From assembly GCF_009914755.1 (NCBI RefSeq), contig NC_060932.1: 64,000 nt of DNA, one strand, 5' to 3'. Position numbers and translations under genes: made by a program. Of the stretch, positions 55,898-64,000 are shown one piece after another. The notes beneath the pieces are model-generated. The model was not told the origin of the DNA. It saw only the letters and a program-made list of their open reading frames with translations, and did no database searches. Source of the stretch: the human T2T-CHM13v2.0 reference genome, Homo sapiens. Position 1 is the first letter of the stretch, and the number at the start of each line of letters is the position of its first letter.

Positions 55898-56328
55898 GTA
55901 AGACTTCTGACAGTAAACTACTCTTTGTGACACTACCATAATATTATGGAAGTTTTGATCACAAAAGAGCAATTAAAAATGTATAAATAGCATGTGGGTG
56001 TGTAAATTTAAATATATATAGACATATAAAAATTTCTTTGATTTAATTTTTTGCTTACAATTCACAATTAGTTAACAATGTTGTTTTAGATAGTTTATAA
56101 TCTCAAGCAGTATTGTCTGAAAAAAATATTTAATTATGGTACCTAAAATTCTATATAGTTTTTTTGTATAAATAAAAAATTTTAAGTTCTCATGTTGTAT
56201 GTTTCCTCTATAGTCATAAAAAATTAGGCTTGTTGTACAATATATCTTCTATTTAATTTTTATAATAAATGGTTTACGTTTAGCAAATGAGAATTACAAG
56301 TGTTTAACAAATGAGAATTACAAATGTT

Positions 56329-56786
56329 CAAGTAACCTCTTGAACAACATGGGGATTAGGGTGCTGATCCCCAGTGTAGCTGAAAATCTGCATTTAACTT
56401 TTGACTCTCCCAAAATGTAACTCCTAATAGCCTAGTATTGACCTAAAGCTTCACTGAAAACATAAACAGTTATGTATTGTATACTGTATTCTTGCAATAA
56501 AGTCATATGTATTGTACACTGTATTCTTGCAATAAAGCAATCTGAAGAAAAGAAACTTATGAAGAAAATTATAAGGTGGAAAAAATATATTTACTGTTCA
56601 CTAAGTGGAAGTGCATTATCATACGTAAAGGTCTTCATTCTCATTGTGTTCACATTGCGTAGGCTGAGAAGGATGAGGAAGACGAGAAATTTGTCTTTCT
56701 TTCTTAGTGTGGCAGTGGGAGTGAAGAAAATCTATATATTATAAGGGGGGTCCTGCAATTCCAACCCTTGTTCAAGGATCAACTGT
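56329..56786. mobile_element. Tigger2a/MER28-like DNA transposon
   Basis: Inverted ends (ct)tgaacaacatgggg ... ttgttcaaggatcaactg with characteristic internal sequence. Confidence 0.75.
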
Positions 56787-57699
56787 ATGACATCATGATT
56801 TGTGTCACTAAAAAAGGAAATTTCTTTAGAGCTTGGAACTTAATAATAATTTTCTGGTACCATAATCATATGTCAGTAAGAATTGTTAAACTTATTCAGG
56901 GTGTATAAGTACCAATAAGAAATTAGTTTTTAAAGATACCTGCTTAGTGCAGAAGTCAGAAGAGCAATATTTTGTTGAGAAGCACAGGTTGTGTTACATA
57001 CTCTTGTACCAAGAAGGTCTCATTATTATTGGCTTCATTACCCCTCAGTTGAAACCAACTAAGATAATATTTACTTCATTAAAACAAGATGTGTTGTTTT
57101 ATCTGGTGGGTAATTGTCATAATAGTAATTTTGTTACAACAAGATATGTTCTGTTACTACTAGCCAAAATATTATTATAATGAATATTAAAATAGCCCAA
57201 CTCTAGGCTCAATAAATTACAATAAAAGTACAAAATATTTTACAACAAGAAAAATGGTATTATACTGCCTGGATGTAATACAATGTACAATATACAATGT
57301 ACATTGTACAATATGAACTGTATGACCATACCTCTATTATATATTTATCAAAGAAACTTCTGTAAGTAAGGTTTTGCATGTCGCAGGGATAAAGAATACA
57401 CATAGTCCGAATCTTTAATGTGCTCATAATGCAATAGAGCTTTCCCTATTTAATTTTCATGTTTTTTCAATAGAATTGTCAAAGGAAATGCCTTTATTCA
57501 TCTATCCACTTCTCTGCGTAGACATAACTGTAAAGTATCTTTAAGGTACTAAGCATTTTTATCTTGTTACTATCATTGTCATTTTTTATTATTTACTACC
57601 ATATTCAGTGCTTACTCTGTCAGTTGCTTGCTGGGAGTTTACAATTATTATTTATTGTGTATTTGTCATATTTAATGTGGGACAGACACTTTATGTCCA

Positions 57700-58090
57700 A
57701 GGCAAAGAATTAAAGATTTAAAAAGATTGGTAGGATTTAAGGAAAGCATGCAGTGTAAGTAGAAGTTTTCCAGGTAAGGAGGCAGAAGAACGAAATTTGG
57801 CAAAAGGAAAATCTAACCAGATTTTGTGTTAGGCAGAAGGAACATCTGACGAGATTGCATGTTTGGCAAAAGGAACAGCAAGTACGAAAGGTCAGACTCT
57901 TGAGTGAGTTTTGTAGGGTTTATGTTAAATTCAGTGTTGCTAGTGGAAATAGTGTGGTATAGGAGTTGTTGGAAATGAAGTGAATATCTAGATATGGCAA
58001 GCTTAGGAAAGACTTTTGAATAGTATAGAACGGAGTAGATCTTATTCAGTAGGCCATTGAAAAGTTCCCAGAATACATCTGGCTGTAAAT
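57700..58090. mobile_element. L2 relic carrying ~3 units of the 33-bp repeat (57780-57880)
   Basis: ggcaaaaggaacagcaagtacgaaagg resembles L2 GGCAGAGGGAACAGCAAGTGCAAAGG; gatcttattcagtaggccattgaaaag resembles downstream L2 sequence. Confidence 0.5.
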
Positions 58091-58840
58091 ACTAGATGAC
58101 CTAACTAACAATGGCTAAAACCATAGGCACCAAAGTTGTTCTGTTGGTTCAGGGATATCATAGTGTCACATGTATGTTTCCTTTTTTAGCTGTGCTATTG
58201 GCAGTATTTTGTTAATGTCTCTTTTCATGGTTGGCTAAGTAGCCAATGAGTAGCCAGTCGTTATGTTCTCTCAAGACAATATCTGAAGGCTGGAAGGGTT
58301 GCTTTGTTTCATGATTTTTTTGTTTGTTTTTATTTTTAAAACAGGGAGCCAACTCAGAAGTTTGCAGTGATCTTCCTGTAACACTTTAGTGGCCGGATGA
58401 CACCACATGCTCATTCCTAAACCAGTCAGTAGGAAAACAAACGTAATTCCTATGATTAGCTTAGAACAATCATTTTTCTTTTTTTTTTTTGGAACTGAGG
58501 TGGGATAATGGAATGATAAGTATCCAAATAAACTTGTGTTTCTCCAGTGAGAAAGAAGGAAGAATGGCCATAGATAGGGAGCCAGTGAGGTTTTCTGCAG
58601 GGATTCATGGGAAGATTTTGGGCAGGGGAGTCACAAGAGGAGGTGTGAGTATTAGGGCATTCTGGTTACGGTATAAAGCAGGGATTGGCAAGCTTTTCCT
58701 GTAAAGGGCCACATAGCACACATTTCTAGGCCTTGTGGTCTCTGTTGTATGTTTTCAACCCTTTCACGCTGTTGCAGTGTGAAAGGAGTCAGAAATAATA
58801 TGGAAGCAAATAGACATGATTGTGCTCCAGTAAAGCTTCC
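57830..58840 (+). repeat. ~1-kb direct duplication (partner ~62300-63130)
   Basis: Collinear matches such as ttgctagtggaaata, ctggctgt(a/g)aatactag, tgttctctcaagacaatat and agggattggcaagcttt. Confidence 0.88.
58679..58840. mobile_element. MER58A-like hAT relic, truncated
   Basis: cagggattggcaagcttttcctgtaaagggccacatag...gcagtgtgaaag...tgtgctccagtaaagctt; a fuller paralog lies at ~62978-63190. Confidence 0.7.
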
Positions 58841-58844
58841 TTTC

Positions 58845-60504
58845 CTGAAGCATTTGATAGACATAACAACATTTAAAGTTGTATTTCTTTCCTAAGGTTC
58901 CTTTCACAAAGCTTTCTCATGACTCACACAGACTATCTACAAGATGCTTGAACTTTCTTAAATTTCCTATGATCCTCAATAGGGCATCCCCCATTCATCC
59001 TTAGTATTCTGGAGCAAATCGTTCTTACTGTGTGTCCCTAACCTTGGTCCCATCTCATCACAATTACCCCCTTGAGAACATAAAACATATGAAGTGAACA
59101 GAGGACTCCCTGTTTATTCCTGGGGTTCCAGAATGAACCAGTTTTACTGTGTACCACTAACCTTGCCTTCATCTTCTAGCCTGGGACCAATGCCCTCAAT
59201 CTTGGCCTGGCCTCTATCCATGTCTCCGTGACCTTAGAGTGACCCTCACTCAGAGCATTCTAGCAGGAAAATGATGATCTCTTTACTCAAATTCCCATTT
59301 CTCATCTTCTTTAACCAGATGAGAAGCCTGTTTTTCAGCTAACTGCTGCAAGGGGGCTTGACTTTACTCCACTTGAATTTGACCTTGAAGACCTCGATGC
59401 ATATCGAGAAGGGCATAGAAGTGATTAGAGAAATGGAGGCTACAGGAGCAAGTGGGAGGAAGCAAGTGAGGAATACTCATGGAAAGCCTCCCTGTGCTCC
59501 CCAAAACAGCCACCCTTGAATTTGAGAGGGCTATATGTATTTGCCCTCTTGACGTAAGGTAGTAACCTCCAGAGGATTTGGGCCTTAGGGTAAAAACTCC
59601 GAAAGGGTAGAGGAAGAATTTCCCTCCTCCCATAGGGGTACTATTTCCAAAAAAAGCAAGTAGGTAGGGTTCTTAAAAGGCCACAGAATGAGGCTGTATG
59701 CAGGTGAACAAATGGCTTCAAAAGCCACTGAAGAACTGGGCCGTGAGCATAACAGCAAGGAAAAGCATGTGGTAAGTCATAAGAAACTGGCAGAGCCCCG
59801 GGGTTCCAGTTAACGTCTTTCCCAGCAATGTGCCAGCAGATAGGGAAAGGCTTGAACATCATCTGAGCTGGGGAAAACAAATATAAATCTCAGGGAATAT
59901 TCACAAGGGAATATCTCATGAGCAGAGCTCATGTCTCTGCTTTCGAGCCAACACAGCAAGAGTCACGGGCATGCGAGTGACCAGGAGCATGTGTATTTCA
60001 GGCAGAGAAGTCACATGGTATGCAAAGTGAAACCAGAGAAAAGGCAGACTGGCCTCCGTGGGAAAAGGTATGGTGGGTGACAAGGCCATTGCAGAATACA
60101 CACAGAGAAAGGAGGGAATAGGTGGTGTGGACTTTTTGGAAAGAGCTGATTTTAGTTGTAAAAGCTGAGAGGAAGCCCCAGACATTGCACAGTCTTAGGC
60201 TTTAGCTTCACAGCTTTCATGAGCATCCTGTCCAGGAGGGCCATTAGTGCCTTGGTTCTACGTGGTACAGACTCCGAGTTCCTTCCCACTCCTGTAAGCC
60301 ACTTATCAGCGTGAGCTGAGATTGGCCGGGAGGAGCAGAGCCACTTGTGGCCAGTGGAATTGTTCTAGGGGTGGTTTAGAAAGCAGGAGATTGAAAGGAG
60401 AGACAAAACCCAAGTATATGAGCTGAATTCCTTTGTCCGAAGAAGATGAGGTGTAGAAGTGTCTCACCATAGGGGACTGTACTTGAGTCAAAACAACACA
60501 GCAT
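58845..60504 (-). mobile_element. ERV1 (MER4-group, MER50-int-like) internal leader fragment
   Basis: Directly abuts the LTR; non-coding ERV leader-like sequence; no gag or pol ORF seen. Confidence 0.55.
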
Positions 60505-61202
60505 TGTTAGTAGCAGTGAATCTGTAAAGTTCTGTAGCAACTTCAATTCTTGCCTCCTCAGAAGAAAGAATTCAACGGCGGGGTGTAAGGCAGAGTGAGA
60601 GACTGAGGCGAAGTTAAGAGCAGGAGTAAAATTTCTTAAAATTTTCGGAGCAGGAATGAAAGGAAGTAAAATACACTTGGAAGAGGGCAACACAGGCAAC
60701 TTGAGAGATCAATTGCATGGTTTGACCTTTGATGGGGTCTTATACATTGCCAGGCTCCTAGGTTTGTGTTATTTTTCCCCTGATTCTTCCACTGGGACAG
60801 GCTGTCCCTATGCACAGTGGATTGTCAGCACTTGGGAGGGGCCACATGTACAGCGTGTTTACTGGATTGTATGCCTGCTCACTTGAAACATTCTTGTACT
60901 GGTAGAATGTTCCCAGAGAAAAGTCAGAGAGCAGTTAAACTCTGGCAGTTCTCCTTTTAGGGCACATGTGTGAACCCACTCAACTAACTCCTAAGATCTT
61001 ATGGGGAAGCTGCTGGTCAACAGCTTCCAGTGTTTCTGTGTATTGGGAGACTGCATTTCCTTGGCATTGAGTGTGACCAATTGTTATTTTGGAGAGGCAG
61101 CTTAAAAACTGCCTGACCATCATCTCTTAGTTGCTTGACACTCCTGGTGGTGGGACACCCTTTCTTGCCCTGCTCATGCCTGACTAGCTACCTACCGTAA
61201 CA
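60505..61202 (-). mobile_element. MER50-like LTR
   Basis: TG...CA ends, ~700 bp; reverse complement begins TGTTACGGTAGGTAGCTAGTCAGGCATGAGCAGGGCA. Confidence 0.8.
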
Positions 61203-61494
61203 AGAACATCTGACAAGATTGAAGGCTTGGCAGAAGAACATCTGACATAATTGAACTTTTGGCAGAAGAAACATCTAAGATGTCATATTTGGCAGAAGAG
61301 ACATCTAAGAGGATTTCATGGTCAGCAGGAACCCCAAGGGAGATGGCATGGTAGGCAGAGGGAGTATCTGAAAATTGCACTGTCTGCATAAGGATGACCT
61401 AGGATGAGTGCATGGCCTGCAAAAGAAACATCTGAAAAGATTAAATATTTGGCAGGGGAAACATCTGACAAGGTTCAATGTTTGGTAGTAAAAA
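61203..61494 (+). repeat. ANKRD30-type 33-bp repeat patch, ~9 units
   Basis: gaacatctgacaagattgaaggcttggcagaa...tggcctgcaaaagaaacatctgaaaag...gaaacatctgacaaggttcaatgtttgg. Confidence 0.85.
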
Positions 61495-62246
61495 GGTTAG
61501 CGGTGGCAGATTTGCATGTGTCAGCAGCAAACTGAAGTCTTGCCTCCCCAGAAGAAAGAATTCAACTGAGAGACATATGGCAGAGTGAGAGACAAAGGCA
61601 AGTTTTAGAGCAGGAGTGAAAGTTTCTTAAAAAGCATTAGAGCAAAACAAAAGAAAATAAAGTACACATGGAAGAAGGCAAAGTGGGTGGCTTGAGAGAT
61701 CAAGTCCATGGTTGACCTTTGACTTGGGGTTTTATACATTGGTAGCCTTCTCAGGCTGCATTATTTCTCCCCTGATTCTTCCCTTGCGGTGTGCTGTCCA
61801 TACATGCAGTGGCCTGCCAGCACTTGGGAGAATGCATTTGCAGTGTGTTTTTTGGAGTTGTATGCCTGCTCACTTAAGGTGTTGTTTTTTTACTTGATCT
61901 TAGCCAAAAGGCTGAGAAGCGATAGGGTGTTGTTTTTTCAAAATGTAAGGTGTTCTCAGAGACAGGTCACAAATCAATTAAAATCACCGTTTTGCCTCTT
62001 ACTGCACACATCTAAGCCCACCAGCTCGAATCCTGAGATATTATTATGAAGCTGCTGATCACCAATTTTAGGTGTTTCTATTTATTGGAAAACTGCCTTT
62101 CCCTGGGCTGGCTGCAACTAATTATTATTTTAAAAAAGTAGTTTAATAACCACCTCATCTTCACTTCATGGTTTTCTTATATTGCTGGTGAAGGTGGGAG
62201 GGGGGCTTTTCTGTCCTGCTCATATCTGACTAGGTACCCAATGTCA
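61495..62246 (-). mobile_element. Second MER50-like LTR
   Basis: Collinear with 60505-61202 (ttgcctcc.cagaagaaagaattcaac...ctgctcat..ctgactag). Confidence 0.78.
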
Positions 62247-62247
62247 T

Positions 62248-62355
62248 GGGAACATCGGACAAGATTGACTGTTTGGCAGAAGAAACATCTGGTAAGTTTG
62301 CATGTTAAGCAGAATAAACGTCTGAGATGATTTCACATTTGACAGAAGGAAGAGC
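62248..62355 (+). repeat. ANKRD30-type 33-bp repeat patch, ~3 units
   Basis: gaacatcggacaagattgactgtttggcagaa-gaaacatctggtaagtttgcatgttaagcagaa-taaacgtctgagatgatttcacatttgacagaa. Confidence 0.8.
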
Positions 62356-63469
62356 AAGTGCAAAGTGTTGTATGCTTGATTCAACTTTGTAGTGTTTATG
62401 AGCAGTTACACTTTGCTAGTGGAAATAATGTGGCATGGGAGTGGTGCGGAATGAATATCTACATAAGGCAAACTTCAGAAAGCCTTTTAAGAGTATATAA
62501 ATGAGTAGACCTTATTCTGTGGGCCAGGGAAAAATTCTCTGAATACTTCTGGCTGTGAATACTAGTTGACCCAACTATAATAACAGTGGCTAAAACCATG
62601 GGAACCAAAGTTATTTTGGTGGTTCAAGGATATCATAGCATAGCACTTACTTTTCCTCTTTCAGCTGTGCTATTGGCAGTGTTTTGTCCATGGTTGGCTA
62701 ATTAGCAATGACTCCAGTCATCATGTTCTCTCAAGACAATATGTGAAGGCTGGAAAGTCTGCTTTTCTTCATGTTTCTTTTAAATAGGGAGTAAAGTCAG
62801 AAGCTTGCGGTGATCTTCCTGTAACAATTTAGTGCACAATATGCTAATTCCTAAACCAGTCAATATGAAAGCAAATGTAGTCACTTTAATTAGCTAAGAA
62901 TAATCTAATAAAATGTTAAGCAGGGGAGTCACAAGATTAGGTTTGAGTATTAAGGCATTCTTGGCATTGTATAAAGTAGGGATTGGCAAGCTTTACCCAT
63001 ATAGGGCTCAATAGGAAACATTTTAGACCTTTTGGTCTCTGTCATATCTATTCAATTCTGCCATTGCAGTGTGAAAAAAATCATAAAGTGTAGTAAGCAA
63101 ATAAGCATAACTGTACTCCAGTAAAACTTCATATACAAGGCTATATTGAAGGCTGCATTTGACCTTTGGCCTGTAGTTTTCTGACTCTTCATATGGAGGG
63201 TAGCCATGTAAAGAGGTTGAGAAACAAAGGAAGTTTTGCAGTAGTTCATGCTATAGTTTGTTTGTTTTGTGTCACCAGTTTGTGCATTAGTATCAATCTA
63301 TTATAAAATTTTGACCCATCCAGGGTAAAATAAATAAGTTAGAAGCTAAGATTATACATTTAAACATGTGGGATTTTTTCTTGGCATTATTCTATTTTCA
63401 TTTTTTTGCTGAATTTTTTTAACTTAAGAAATATGAATAATAATTGGTACAATGTGATAGATTAACTTA

Positions 63470-63770
63470 TTTCTATACATGTTGAGGTCAAAGAAATATT
63501 CATGTAGGATATTTTCAGCTGGTAATTGGATAATAGGCATTTAGAGCTGGAGCTAGACTCTATGGTTGAAGTTGCAGACTTAGAATGATTTTATTATAAT
63601 TATTAGACAAAGCCATAGATCTTAATGAGCTTGTCCATAATGCAGAATATGTAGAAGAAGTAGAAGAAAGCCCTTGACAAAACCCAGGGAATATTAACAT
63701 TTTTCAGAGGAAAAAGAGTTGGTAAAAGAGACTGAGCAGTGGCAAGAGAAAAGTAGGAGCAAAGTCAGAG
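63470..63770. mobile_element. L2 relic
   Basis: gtaattggata...aaagccatag...aaaacccagggaatattaacattttt...aaaagagactgagcagtggcaagagaaaagtagga. Confidence 0.5.
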
Positions 63771-64000
63771 GGAGTGATGTTGCAAACATTTTTGGAAAGA
63801 TGAGTATTTCAAGCATGAAGTATCAATACTAACAGCAATAAGTAAATTGGATTTAGCTTTTAAAAGCTCTTTGGTGGTACCCTTTTTTAAAAAAAATTTA
63901 GAGTTCTTAGGTGTACTATTAATATGATTGATACTTCTGGTGGTCAAGAATCTACCAAGATGCCAAAAGTTACCAACTTCTTTGCAGCTACATACACAGG

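Overview
Primate (human or ape-like) non-coding genomic DNA with no intact protein-coding gene. The window is a rearranged cluster of ANKRD26/ANKRD30/ANKRD62-family ankyrin pseudogene copies. It holds orphan exons 2-3 (+, 1644-2093), copy A exon 1 (+, 22984-23189), an inverted CpG-decayed copy C (-, exon 1 at 35173-35383, a 33-bp repeat patch and half of exon 3 at 29921-30016), and copy B (+, exons 1-6 plus 33-bp repeat patches, 42097-62350). Copies A and B lie in a direct segmental duplication (~16830-24750 vs ~37590-43850), and each is preceded by a GC-rich, E-box-dense ~310-bp tandem array. Copy C instead has a ~2.1-kb 30-bp array that appears expanded from the exon-1 leader. Interspersed elements include four L1PA-type fragments, Alus and FLAMs, MST and MER50-like LTRs with ERV internal sequence, DNA-transposon relics, L2/L3/MIR relics and a U6 pseudogene. 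All alignments and counts were made by eye; repeat subfamily names and family homologies are from memory and need confirming with RepeatMasker/BLAST.
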